Positions 17,558-26,568 of a stretch of DNA of 29,948 nucleotides are shown piece after piece. Each line of letters opens with the position of its first letter. Positions within the stretch are counted from its first letter, which is position 1. The position numbers were made by a program, and so were the translations under genes. The DNA is from a virus. Its lineage: Duplodnaviria > Caudoviricetes. The notes below the pieces were generated by a model. That model saw only the letters and a list, made by a program, of their open reading frames with translations. It was not told the DNA's origin and did not search any database. The stretch covers positions 1 to 29,948 of IMG/VR virus record IMGVR_UViG_3300020528_000009. One strand, written 5' to 3'.

Positions 17558-18247
17558 ATGATAGATACAGAAAATATTGTAAATCTTGCATTGCAAGCAT
17601 TAACAAGACCTGAAGACTTTGGTTATTGGGGTGAAGAAGATATGTTTATAACTTGGGGTTTTACTGGAATTGATAAACAAAGAGATTCTAGCATTATGCA
17701 AAGATCAAACTTTAAAACAATCACTGATGATTTAATAAACAGATACCCTAATGATTTTAGAATTGAAACATTTTCTCATTGGGCTTGTGGTTCAATTGAT
17801 CGTTTAATTTGCCAAATTCTTAAAGAGCCAGGAAATTACAATGAAAACAATATTACTGAATCTTTCAAAGCAGTATTGAAATGGCATGACGAATTAAATG
17901 AATATCCAATAGCTGATGAGAATGATTATCTAAATAATCTACACGATGAGTGTGTTGATTATATTGAAAATATGGCAGATTATTTACTTCTTGTGACAAA
18001 TACAGAAGAAAAAGGATGGGCTGAAAAAATTCTACATACATTAGACATTGACTTAAACTTTGAATTCAACCCGGATTATGATCAATTTCCAAATGATAAT
18101 AAAATATTGGAAGCAATATTAAAATCAGGATTATGCAACCCCGAAAGATGGGGTGAATGGTATGAATGGTGCGATGAACAAGGTTTTGATAGACCAATAT
18201 TTCCAGAAAAAGAAAACCCTAACCAACTAAAGTTATTTGAGGATTAA
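17558..18247 (+). CDS. conserved phage hypothetical protein (acidic)
   Basis: RDS....SNF, HWACG, YPIADE motifs. Confidence 0.8.
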   Translation: MIDTENIVNLALQALTRPEDFGYWGEEDMFITWGFTGIDKQRDSSIMQRSNFKTITDDLINRYPNDFRIETFSHWACGSIDRLICQILKEPGNYNENNITESFKAVLKWHDELNEYPIADENDYLNNLHDECVDYIENMADYLLLVTNTEEKGWAEKILHTLDIDLNFEFNPDYDQFPNDNKILEAILKSGLCNPERWGEWYEWCDEQGFDRPIFPEKENPNQLKLFED

Positions 18248-18248
18248 A

Positions 18249-18509
18249 ATGAACAAATGTCCAAATTGTAAAACAGAAAATATTAATTTAATTGACACTA
18301 GCGAAAACATTATATACCCTTCTGAAGAAGTTAAAGCAGAATGTGCAAAATGGGAACAATGGGAATGTGAAGAGTGTGAGTCAATATTAGATGTTGAAGA
18401 AGGAATAATTACAGTATTACAGCCAGTAGGAATAAACGAAAATAGAATCAAGTTCCGTGTAACAACGGATTGGGAAAGAAAAATAGAGGAATCATACAAT
18501 TATGACTAA
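18249..18509 (+). CDS. zinc-ribbon protein
   Basis: CPNC...CEEC; GAGGA SD. Confidence 0.7.
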   Translation: MNKCPNCKTENINLIDTSENIIYPSEEVKAECAKWEQWECEECESILDVEEGIITVLQPVGINENRIKFRVTTDWERKIEESYNYD

Positions 18510-18813
18510 GTTAACACAAGAGCAAACAGAAATGGAAGCAGATGCTGCATTAGATATTGAATATCAAGCTTATCTTAAAAGCGTCTCAGTTCAAAGGTAT
18601 GTAGAATTAATGACACTAAGCGTCAATGAAAGGATTGAAGTTATGGGTGATGATTATGAAATAGGTGATGAATATGATTGGGACAGGAATGATAAAAGTC
18701 AATACTGTGAACACGGAACTTTTATAGGTTCTTGGTGGGGCCCAGATATTCTTTGTGGTAAATGTGAAATGGGAGATGGTCCTATGGATATAGATGAGGA
18801 TGACGAGTTTTAA
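18502..18813 (+). CDS. acidic hypothetical protein
   Basis: CEHG...CGKCE; GAGGA SD. Confidence 0.7.
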   Translation: MTKLTQEQTEMEADAALDIEYQAYLKSVSVQRYVELMTLSVNERIEVMGDDYEIGDEYDWDRNDKSQYCEHGTFIGSWWGPDILCGKCEMGDGPMDIDEDDEF

Positions 18814-18814
18814 T

Positions 18815-19000
18815 ATGGAAAAGAAAATAATTTATTTCCTAGTTGGGGTAGATATTAATAATGGAATTAAGTTTATTGATGATGAGCAATATACAATGAT
18901 TTGTCAATTGCTTAATCGAACAGATGAATTAGAAGAAACACAAGAAGATTACGATAAAGCACTCGTAATTCTTAATAACTCAGAATGGGAAAAAGAATAA
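18815..19000 (+). CDS. hypothetical protein
   Basis: Tight packing. Confidence 0.55.
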   Translation: MEKKIIYFLVGVDINNGIKFIDDEQYTMICQLLNRTDELEETQEDYDKALVILNNSEWEKE

Positions 19001-19200
19001 TGGAAAATGAAGAAATATATTTTATGGATTTACCAGATGAAGAGTACTTTGAAAGAATAGGTGATGCTATTGATGAATTAGTAAAACAAGGAATAATTAG
19101 TCCATTAGTCTTAATTGACACAGATGAGCTAGACAAACATATAAATACGGCTATTGAATTAGCCGCTGAAACATACAACAAAGAAAAAGGATACAACTAA
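19000..19200 (+). CDS. acidic hypothetical protein
   Basis: TAATG overlap. Confidence 0.6.
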   Translation: MENEEIYFMDLPDEEYFERIGDAIDELVKQGIISPLVLIDTDELDKHINTAIELAAETYNKEKGYN

Positions 19201-19201
19201 A

Positions 19202-19744
19202 ATGCCAAATTGGTGCAGCAATAACTTGTCAATTTATGGCAAGCAAGAAGACATGAAAAAGTTAATAGAAGTGATTACCGTCAGTAAAGATGAGTATTCA
19301 TTACTAGAAAAACTTTATCCAACCCCTGAAGAATTAAACATTGGAAATGTTTCAATGACTCCCGATGAGCAACAAATTGCAAACTTTGAAAAGTTTGGAT
19401 ACAAAAGTTGGTATGACTGGAGAATTGATAAATGGGGAACTAAATGGCCAGAATCTGATTTAGATATAGGTCAAGACTATACAGAAAATAATGATGGAAC
19501 ATCCGTAATTGCTTTTAATTTTGAATCAGCTTGGTCGCCTCCAATAGAGGCTTTTAATAAAATCTGCAAAGATTATTCAAATCTAGTATTCTGCCTTTAT
19601 TATGAAGAGTCAGGAATGGGATTTTGTGGTTCAAATATTTGGGCAAATGGAGAATGTCAAGAAGAGTATCAAGCAGAGTTAGTTTCAAGGTATTTTGATG
19701 AATCTTACTACTACGAAACCTATATCGAAAACAAAGAAAAATAA
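19202..19744 (+). CDS. DUF1281/YubB ferredoxin-like (Api92-like) protein
   Basis: MPNWCSN, WYDWR...WGTKW, F.SAWSPP, YEE.GMGFCG. Confidence 0.85.
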   Translation: MPNWCSNNLSIYGKQEDMKKLIEVITVSKDEYSLLEKLYPTPEELNIGNVSMTPDEQQIANFEKFGYKSWYDWRIDKWGTKWPESDLDIGQDYTENNDGTSVIAFNFESAWSPPIEAFNKICKDYSNLVFCLYYEESGMGFCGSNIWANGECQEEYQAELVSRYFDESYYYETYIENKEK

Positions 19745-19761
19745 AAAAAAGGAAAAGAAAA

Positions 19762-20190
19762 ATGAATGAAAATGTAATGACAAAAGCTTTGGAAGATGTT
19801 TATAACATTGTTTCAAAAAACAATAATAATGGTACAGCAAAGGCATTTGGTGTTGATCTTAATGCTTTTACTACAGCAACAATGATTGGAGAAGGAGAAG
19901 ATATTTATGACCTTCTTGAAGAGATTAATCTTGACAAAAAGCAATCAATGTACGATTTTGTTGCCGTTATGACAACAGGTTGGGCTGCCCCATTGGATGA
20001 AAATGGAGAAATTGAAGGAGCTCCGAGTAAGCATAAAGATCGCCGTAGAGTTACTTTATTGTCAATTGTTGACATTAAACAAAGTGAATTGGCAAGTCTT
20101 CTTAAATTTGATGATGAAGAGGAAATGATTTATGACTTTGGAAGCGCAACAGGTTCATTAAATATTGCAATGCTAAGTTTGGCAGAATAA
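19762..20190 (+). CDS. conserved hypothetical protein
   Basis: TTGWAAP...PSKH.DRRRV.L motif. Confidence 0.75.
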   Translation: MNENVMTKALEDVYNIVSKNNNNGTAKAFGVDLNAFTTATMIGEGEDIYDLLEEINLDKKQSMYDFVAVMTTGWAAPLDENGEIEGAPSKHKDRRRVTLLSIVDIKQSELASLLKFDDEEEMIYDFGSATGSLNIAMLSLAE

Positions 20191-20199
20191 GAGGGAATA

Positions 20200-20691
20200 A
20201 TGGGATTAGATAATATACCAAAAAATTATCCTTGCGAAAGCAAGGCTATAAGGAATACCGATAATCAAATTGATTGCAAAGCTACTCAAGAATGTGGAAA
20301 TTGTCCATATATGAATGAGTATCAAAGTGATCCATTGCTAAAAGATACATCTCCAGTTTACGGAATGTTTGGCACTGATTGTTGGTATAGGGGTAAATAT
20401 GGAAATTCAATGTTGGCTGACATGAAAAAATACAATAGTGATTTTGATAATGAAATGCCTTCTGATTTCTACGGCAATACAAAAGAAGGAATTGATGCAG
20501 ATACATGTATAGAAATGTCTGATGTTATGTTTCAGTATATGGAAGCATGGTCTTTTGTTGTTAACAAAATGGTAAAGACTGGTGAATTGCCTGAGCAAAA
20601 TAAAGAGAGTTATATTAAAGATTGGATTTACGCTGCGTGGTGGCTTAAGTTTGTTGGAAATACAAGCGATGGTTCGGTGGTGTGGTACTAA
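20200..20691 (+). CDS. hypothetical protein (MGLD-start family)
   Basis: MGLD...CWYRGK; GAGGG SD. Confidence 0.75.
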   Translation: MGLDNIPKNYPCESKAIRNTDNQIDCKATQECGNCPYMNEYQSDPLLKDTSPVYGMFGTDCWYRGKYGNSMLADMKKYNSDFDNEMPSDFYGNTKEGIDADTCIEMSDVMFQYMEAWSFVVNKMVKTGELPEQNKESYIKDWIYAAWWLKFVGNTSDGSVVWY

Positions 20692-21035
20692 TGTTTAGTT
20701 TTGATGATTTTAATAAAAGCCCGGAATTCTATTCCAACATTAATCCAGACCCAAATGATTTAGCTGATTTTACAAGTTCATTAATGATAGTAACTAACAT
20801 GCTGAAAAACATTGATCATAAAGATGGTATTCGAGGTGGTCATGAAGTAATGATGAAACTTTTCAATATGACTGGACTTACCGGAACAAAAGAAGAAGAA
20901 GGTGCATTAAATGTTATTATGTGCTTATTGTCTCATGTAGTAGCAATGTTAGCTGTTAATGAAGAGAGAGATAAGTATTTTGAGTATTTTGATAATGTAG
21001 TGATTTACCCATTGATTGAGGAAGGAAACAAATAA
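20691..21035 (+). CDS. hypothetical protein
   Basis: TAATG overlap. Confidence 0.7.
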   Translation: MFSFDDFNKSPEFYSNINPDPNDLADFTSSLMIVTNMLKNIDHKDGIRGGHEVMMKLFNMTGLTGTKEEEGALNVIMCLLSHVVAMLAVNEERDKYFEYFDNVVIYPLIEEGNK

Positions 21036-21036
21036 T

Positions 21037-21363
21037 TTGGATTGGACAGAAAAAGCAGCTTGTAAGAGTGAAAATTCTCAAATGTTTTATTGTGATAGCA
21101 CAGACAACAAAATTAATGCAAATAGAGAGAGCTATGCAAAAGCTGTTTGTAGAAAATGTGAAGTTGCTGCGGAATGCTTAATGTTTGCAATAAGCAATAA
21201 TGAAGTTTTTGGCATTTGGGGTTCATTTGCTCCAAAAGAAAGAAATACATTGAAGAATATATTTCCCGAAAATGGAATAGATATTGACCTATGCAAAATG
21301 ATTGTTAACAAAGAAATTAAAACAATTAAAGCAAATGTTATTAAAAGTGAGTTTGGAATTTAA
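21037..21363 (+). CDS. whiB: WhiB-family Fe-S transcription factor
   Basis: W...AAC...F...AKAVCRKCEVAAECL..A......GIWG: four Cys plus G(I/V)WG turn. Confidence 0.9.
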   Translation: MDWTEKAACKSENSQMFYCDSTDNKINANRESYAKAVCRKCEVAAECLMFAISNNEVFGIWGSFAPKERNTLKNIFPENGIDIDLCKMIVNKEIKTIKANVIKSEFGI

Positions 21364-21364
21364 T

Positions 21365-21499
21365 ATGGAAGAAGATATGGGGCTATCTTTTGATGCAACT
21401 ATTACAGCAAAAGAAGCCAAAAAGAAATTACATATTCCAATTATGATAAAGAAAGATATTGAAAGAAATGAGGATGAAAATGAAATGGATGTTGAATAA
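21365..21499 (+). CDS. small hypothetical protein
   Basis: Packing only. Confidence 0.45.
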   Translation: MEEDMGLSFDATITAKEAKKKLHIPIMIKKDIERNEDENEMDVE

Positions 21500-21538
21500 T
21501 GAAAAAGTATTGGTATGCCGCTGGATTGAGGTTACTAA

Positions 21539-21985
21539 ATGAATGCGCCTAGCCTAGCATTTATATCTATATCAAATTATAAGAATCCGCATAGATTAAT
21601 GGTTCATGAAAGAAGTTATGCATTTAATGCAAAACATCCTTATGCTTATATTAGTAGTATGCCAGAAGAAGATTTTGAAATAGCATATGATGAAGCAATA
21701 TTAGATTTCCGCAGTAAAATGATGGATGTATGTAATCTTTATGGGTTTGACACTTATAGTATGGAAGGAAGATCTGAAGGTTGGCTTAAGCCTCACTATA
21801 AAGGTAAGCCAATGCCAGCAGTATTTGATGACTATATGACATTTGAAGAATATATATTAGAAGACAGGATGGCTTCATTGTTTGTTCAAATTGAAAATAT
21901 ATTTACAAGCATGAAGCGAATCTTAAGGCACTCAGTAACAATAAATGAGTTCAGGACAAATATGGAAAGGTATATGTCACTATGA
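21539..21985 (+). CDS. hypothetical protein
   Basis: GAGGT SD; EGRS.GWL motif. Confidence 0.7.
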   Translation: MNAPSLAFISISNYKNPHRLMVHERSYAFNAKHPYAYISSMPEEDFEIAYDEAILDFRSKMMDVCNLYGFDTYSMEGRSEGWLKPHYKGKPMPAVFDDYMTFEEYILEDRMASLFVQIENIFTSMKRILRHSVTINEFRTNMERYMSL

Positions 21986-22341
21986 AAACAGAAAATAAAA
22001 ATTGTGAACAATTAATTGATTCACAAATGCAAGACCGGAATGCTTATTTAGAAGAACTAAATGACATTATTGGAGATAATGAATCTGAAACCGAAAAGGT
22101 AGAAGAAGCATTGAGAGAGCTTGGAGATTTCCCTGCTGGTATTGAAACTTTTAAAGTAACTAAAATTATTTTATCAGGTGGAGGTCCAGCAGATTGGATT
22201 GAAATTAAGACTGATGAAACAGGTCATGTTCTAGGAATGGAATATCACTATGCAGATTGGTTTGACCACGCAGAAAGAAAAATCTCAGAGAATTCATATC
22301 TTTGGGATTTCGCAATACAATTTACAGATACAGAAGGATAG
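21982..22341 (+). CDS. conserved acidic phage protein
   Basis: LSGGGPADW...YHYADWFD motif. Confidence 0.75.
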   Translation: MKTENKNCEQLIDSQMQDRNAYLEELNDIIGDNESETEKVEEALRELGDFPAGIETFKVTKIILSGGGPADWIEIKTDETGHVLGMEYHYADWFDHAERKISENSYLWDFAIQFTDTEG

Positions 22342-22345
22342 TAAA

Positions 22346-22948
22346 ATGGAAAAATTAGAAGTAACAATGGACATTAGCGAAGCAAGTTTGGAAACTCTTG
22401 CAGCAGCTATTATGGAAGACTTTCAAGAAAAAGTTCAGAGTGCAGTTGATGATTGCGATTTGGATGACAAAATTGAATCAGCAATTGAAAGTTATGACCT
22501 TGATGATAAGATTCAAAGCTGGATGGATTACAACTTAGATGTTGAAAGTGACATCAAGGAAGTAATTAGACATATGGATTTGGCTGATTATATAGATACA
22601 GACAGCATTGATATTGAGAATAGTGTTCGCAATTTAATGGAAAGTTTTAGTCCGATTAATGCTTGTAGTACAGGTAAAGCTGCTATGGATATTATCCAAT
22701 CGACTATTCGTTATCTTTTGCTCAAGGATGAAGACTTTGTTAATGACATTTCTAAAGCAATTAAGAAGCATGAATTGATTCAAATTCTTGATGAAGAGAA
22801 AAACAGAGCAATTGATGCAGCTAAGCCATACATCATTGAAGACTTCAAGAGAGAATTGAAAGAATACTCTGATGAAATTGCAAGGCAAAAAACTTTGGAG
22901 AATAATCCTTCAATCAATAACCTCACATACAATGCTTGGCAGCAATAA
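22346..22948 (+). CDS. acidic protein with DLDDKI repeats
   Basis: AAGGA SD; 13-residue repeats. Confidence 0.75.
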   Translation: MEKLEVTMDISEASLETLAAAIMEDFQEKVQSAVDDCDLDDKIESAIESYDLDDKIQSWMDYNLDVESDIKEVIRHMDLADYIDTDSIDIENSVRNLMESFSPINACSTGKAAMDIIQSTIRYLLLKDEDFVNDISKAIKKHELIQILDEEKNRAIDAAKPYIIEDFKRELKEYSDEIARQKTLENNPSINNLTYNAWQQ

Positions 22949-22966
22949 CTAAAAGTTAATTCAGAA

Positions 22967-22999
22967 TTGGGGAGTGTCTATAAACTAGACACTCCCCAA
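22967..22999. terminator. perfect 14-bp inverted repeat (terminator or processing stem)
   Basis: TTGGGGAGTGTCTA-TAAAC-TAGACACTCCCCAA; no U-tract. Confidence 0.65.
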
Positions 23000-23073
23000 G
23001 AATTACACACTAAACATTCTGTAAAGAATAAGGATAAATCATGCGGCGTAAGCCAAAAACAAAAGGAAAACAA

Positions 23074-24537
23074 ATGAAATATATTAAAGTAACAAACAAA
23101 GCCGATCAGGTAAACAGGCTTAAATTAGAAAAGCTTGGCTTTTCAACTAAGCGTGACGATACACAAACAATTGGTCAATTCGGCTCCGGAATTAAATTTG
23201 CACCAATTTCAGCAATTAGAAAAGGTATTGACTTCATCTTCGCAGGAAATGATTCAAAAGGTTCATACACATTGGAATACATTATTCAAGACGATGAAGG
23301 TGTACCTTCTGTTTTTTATAAATACCAAGATTATGAGAAAGCTTCATCTTTTACAGCAGATGCTGGAACTCTTTCTTGGGAAAGTGAATTCCAAATTTAT
23401 CGTGAAGTTGTTGCCAATGCAATGGATGAAGCAAAAATGTCAGAAACAGAATGGAATATTAGTGTAGTTCATACTGATGAAATTGTTGCAGTTGAAGGTG
23501 AATTTTCAGTTTATCTTGGTGCTACTGATGAGATGATCAAAATTCATGAGAATTTTGATAAGTACTTTTCAGTAAATAGAGAACCTATTTTTGAAACAAG
23601 TTATGGAAAGATTTACAAATCATATGATGGTTCATTGCGAGTTTACTGTAAAGGTGTACTTGTGTATTCATCTGAGATGAGAGTTAACCGTAGTGGCGGC
23701 CCAGAACTTATGGCATTGTATGACTATGAACTCAACGATGTTAATCTTAATGAAGAACGAACTGTATCTTCAGAATGGGAAATGAATCGTTTAATTATCT
23801 CATTGCTTGCCAAGATTGACGATAAAGATATGGTTAATGATGTTCTAGATTTTGCTTTTAACAAATCAGAGAACTTCAATGAATACTACGAAACAACTAC
23901 TATTCCAAGTTATTTGTTTAGTCCTGTAGTTAACATTTCAGAAACTTGGAAAGAATGTTTTGAAGATATTTATCCAAAAGGTATTTTAGTAAATGCAAAA
24001 CAATTTAATTTCAATATGCAAGAGACTATCAATTCAAGAGGATTTAAGCCTGTTGTTATTAAACACGAAGGCTTTGAGACATTCTTTGGTGTTGCGCAAT
24101 TTCCAAAACTTTTGGATGTACTTGGTAATGATTTTCAATATGAATATACATTTGATATTACTCAATCTCGAAAGCTTGTCAAAGCAATTAACATTATTGA
24201 AGATGTTCATCCTGACTTTGTTGGTATGCGTAATGATATTGGAATATTTAATGCAAAAGCCGGGGAAGATGAAAGTTTAGCTTCCGGTATTACATTGGTT
24301 ATCAGAAACAGTGGTCAAGAAGATAGGAAAGCTATTCTTTTAGAAAGAAGCCATTGTGAGGGTTCAAGCATTCAGAGTATTGTTTCAACACTAATTCATG
24401 AATGGGATCATTTCAGGACAGGTATTAGTGATGGGGACAGCGAAGGAAGAAGTTTTAGAAGCCTTGCTGATGAAAGAATAGGTGAACTTGTTTGCAGGTT
24501 ATGGGAAGAGTTAACAGGAGAATCTATCGCAAAATAA
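23074..24537 (+). CDS. GHKL-like ATPase (permuted motif order) fused to HEXXH metallopeptidase-like domain
   Basis: STK.....IGQFGSG, REVVANAMDE, C-terminal TLIHEWDH. Confidence 0.7.
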   Translation: MKYIKVTNKADQVNRLKLEKLGFSTKRDDTQTIGQFGSGIKFAPISAIRKGIDFIFAGNDSKGSYTLEYIIQDDEGVPSVFYKYQDYEKASSFTADAGTLSWESEFQIYREVVANAMDEAKMSETEWNISVVHTDEIVAVEGEFSVYLGATDEMIKIHENFDKYFSVNREPIFETSYGKIYKSYDGSLRVYCKGVLVYSSEMRVNRSGGPELMALYDYELNDVNLNEERTVSSEWEMNRLIISLLAKIDDKDMVNDVLDFAFNKSENFNEYYETTTIPSYLFSPVVNISETWKECFEDIYPKGILVNAKQFNFNMQETINSRGFKPVVIKHEGFETFFGVAQFPKLLDVLGNDFQYEYTFDITQSRKLVKAINIIEDVHPDFVGMRNDIGIFNAKAGEDESLASGITLVIRNSGQEDRKAILLERSHCEGSSIQSIVSTLIHEWDHFRTGISDGDSEGRSFRSLADERIGELVCRLWEELTGESIAK

Positions 24538-24617
24538 TTCAGAAATTATAGCAATCAGAGGCGTGGATTGGAAAACATCACGGTAAGATGTAGGCAACTA
24601 CTACCGAAAGATATTTC

Positions 24618-24731
24618 ATGAACTACGGTTATCTCAAATGGACAGCAATTATTTCATTCCTAATAGTATTCCCAGCGCTTGCGTTGGTTGTACTTATAGG
24701 AATGATTATGGTGGCAGCTGGAGGTAAATAA
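24618..24731 (+). CDS. 37-aa membrane peptide, not in ORF track
   Basis: MNYGYLKWTAIISFLIVFPALALVVLIGMIMVAAGGK; stop abuts next ATG. Confidence 0.6.
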   Translation: MNYGYLKWTAIISFLIVFPALALVVLIGMIMVAAGGK

Positions 24732-25109
24732 ATGCCAAGATACGAAAACTATTTTATTGTTGAGTTTAGATTTCCAGTAATGATTGAGGATACCTCAACC
24801 GTTGCAGAAGCAATTTCTAAAGCCAACAGGATATGCGAAAGAGTACATGGTTTTAAACCTACAAATTGGTTTGCAAGAATATTTGAGTATTCGACTAGGG
24901 ATAAAAGTCCCGGCATGTCGAAGGAATACTTTTACAATCCAAATTCATCAACATACAGAGAAGTAAGTAAGAACATTAAGTTTTTTAAAGAGCTTGATGA
25001 TAAGAACATTTCTGTTGATGATGTATTTGACTATGAATCGTATATAAGCAAGATTGCTATTGATGATGAAATCAAAGTAATTATAAAAAAAGATGAGCAA
25101 CAATCGTAA
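24732..25109 (+). CDS. hypothetical protein
   Basis: GGAGGT SD. Confidence 0.7.
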   Translation: MPRYENYFIVEFRFPVMIEDTSTVAEAISKANRICERVHGFKPTNWFARIFEYSTRDKSPGMSKEYFYNPNSSTYREVSKNIKFFKELDDKNISVDDVFDYESYISKIAIDDEIKVIIKKDEQQS

Positions 25110-25521
25110 AGTTATTTGTGCAGGTTGCCAAAGACAATATCCAGAGAATTTAGCTAAGAAATACCGTAAAAAAACTTTTTGCGGAAGTCAAAGCTGCATT
25201 GATATTATTGATAAAAAGGTAACACACTTTAACTACAAAAAACAGCAAAAGAAAATAGCAAATGGAACTTATAGACACGGAGTTCCAATTGCAATTAAAC
25301 AATTGATTATTGATCGTGATAATCAAATATGTAAACTATGCAATATAGTTTGCGAAGAACATAAAAAACAGGTTCATCATATTGTTCCTGTTTCAAAAAA
25401 CGGCAATGATGAGCATGCAAATTTAATTTTGTTATGCTCATCTTGTCATACTACTGTTCACCAAAATGGTTGGCAAAAGTATACAAAACAATTTAGCAAT
25501 TACACAAAAGGAATAAAATAA
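25093..25521 (+). CDS. HNH endonuclease
   Basis: RDNQICKLC...VHHIVP..KNG.D...NLILLCSSCH...H plus N-terminal Zn finger. Confidence 0.9.
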   Translation: MSNNRKVICAGCQRQYPENLAKKYRKKTFCGSQSCIDIIDKKVTHFNYKKQQKKIANGTYRHGVPIAIKQLIIDRDNQICKLCNIVCEEHKKQVHHIVPVSKNGNDEHANLILLCSSCHTTVHQNGWQKYTKQFSNYTKGIK

Positions 25522-25522
25522 A

Positions 25523-26092
25523 ATGGGATATTATGTAAACATAGAGGATTCAAACATCTTTCTCGATAAGAAGCACTTTGAGGCTGTTTATGAGAAAATG
25601 TGTGAGTTAAATAATCACGATGAGCTAAAGCGTGGAGGTTCATTTGGAGCAAATGAAGATCCAGTAGATGGAGAGAAGTGGAATAGGAATAAATGGTTCT
25701 CTTGGATGGAATATAACTATCCAGAAATTTATCCCGATATGCATTCAATTCTTGAGACAATGGGTTTTGATACCAATTACGATGAAGATGGTAATTTAAT
25801 TAATCTTTACTACGGAGATAAGACAGGATCTGAAGATTATTTCCTATCTTGCTTTGCCGGATTAATTAAAGACGGAAGTTTTATTCAATGGAAAGGTGAA
25901 GAGAATGACGATTACTATAGGTATTATTTTAAAGATGGAAAGATGTTGGTTCAAAAAGCAACAGTAAGTTTTTCCTACTCAGATGAATATACTGAAGTAT
26001 ATGAATTCTGTAAACCAAGCCAAAGCGATATTTCTACACAAAAATGGCTTGAAGAACTTAGAAATAAAAAAGAATTGGAAAAACAATCGTGA
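25523..26092 (+). CDS. hypothetical protein
   Basis: AAGGA SD; MGY...W.GE motif. Confidence 0.75.
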   Translation: MGYYVNIEDSNIFLDKKHFEAVYEKMCELNNHDELKRGGSFGANEDPVDGEKWNRNKWFSWMEYNYPEIYPDMHSILETMGFDTNYDEDGNLINLYYGDKTGSEDYFLSCFAGLIKDGSFIQWKGEENDDYYRYYFKDGKMLVQKATVSFSYSDEYTEVYEFCKPSQSDISTQKWLEELRNKKELEKQS

Positions 26093-26169
26093 TTGATGTT
26101 TTCTTTAAGATTTATGTGTTTGCCAGTTTAGCTATGATTCTTTTTACTTCAAAGAGGAATTGGAAATAG
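26089..26169 (+). CDS. 26-aa hydrophobic peptide, not in ORF track
   Basis: GTGA overlap; VIDVFFKIYVFASLAMILFTSKRNWK. Confidence 0.4.
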   Translation: MIDVFFKIYVFASLAMILFTSKRNWK

Positions 26170-26193
26170 TGTATAATGTATAGAGGCAATACT

Positions 26194-26556
26194 ATGAGAA
26201 TTAAACCTTTTGAAGAGCATAAAGATCAGTTATTTACTGACTATGCGCTGCAATTATTTAATGCTCATTGCTCAGACAATAGCCAAGAGATGATTAAATA
26301 TCTAATCAATTCTCTTGAAGAAGAGGCTTCAACTAATGAAGCGTTTATGCCAGGTCTTATATTTGGCTGTATGGTTCATATGTTAATGATGTCACAAATA
26401 ATTTCTCTTGAAAAGGAAATTCCAATGGAACAATCAGTTGCATCTTATATTAAGATGTACCAAGCGAATAGGGTTAATTTATCAAAAATGTTAGGGAACA
26501 GGCCGGATTATGCAAAAGACATAATCAGCAACTTCCCCATAGATGAAGACTTTTAG
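26194..26556 (+). CDS. hypothetical protein
   Basis: GTGTATAAT promoter-like element and GAGG SD upstream. Confidence 0.7.
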   Translation: MRIKPFEEHKDQLFTDYALQLFNAHCSDNSQEMIKYLINSLEEEASTNEAFMPGLIFGCMVHMLMMSQIISLEKEIPMEQSVASYIKMYQANRVNLSKMLGNRPDYAKDIISNFPIDEDF

Positions 26557-26568
26557 TAAATAAAGTTT

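Noticed and set aside
21499-21552. MKKYWYAAGLRLLNECA-TAG as evidence of amber recoding
   Set aside because: Readthrough hits TAA ten codons later, and genes elsewhere are intact in the standard code with TAG used as stop.
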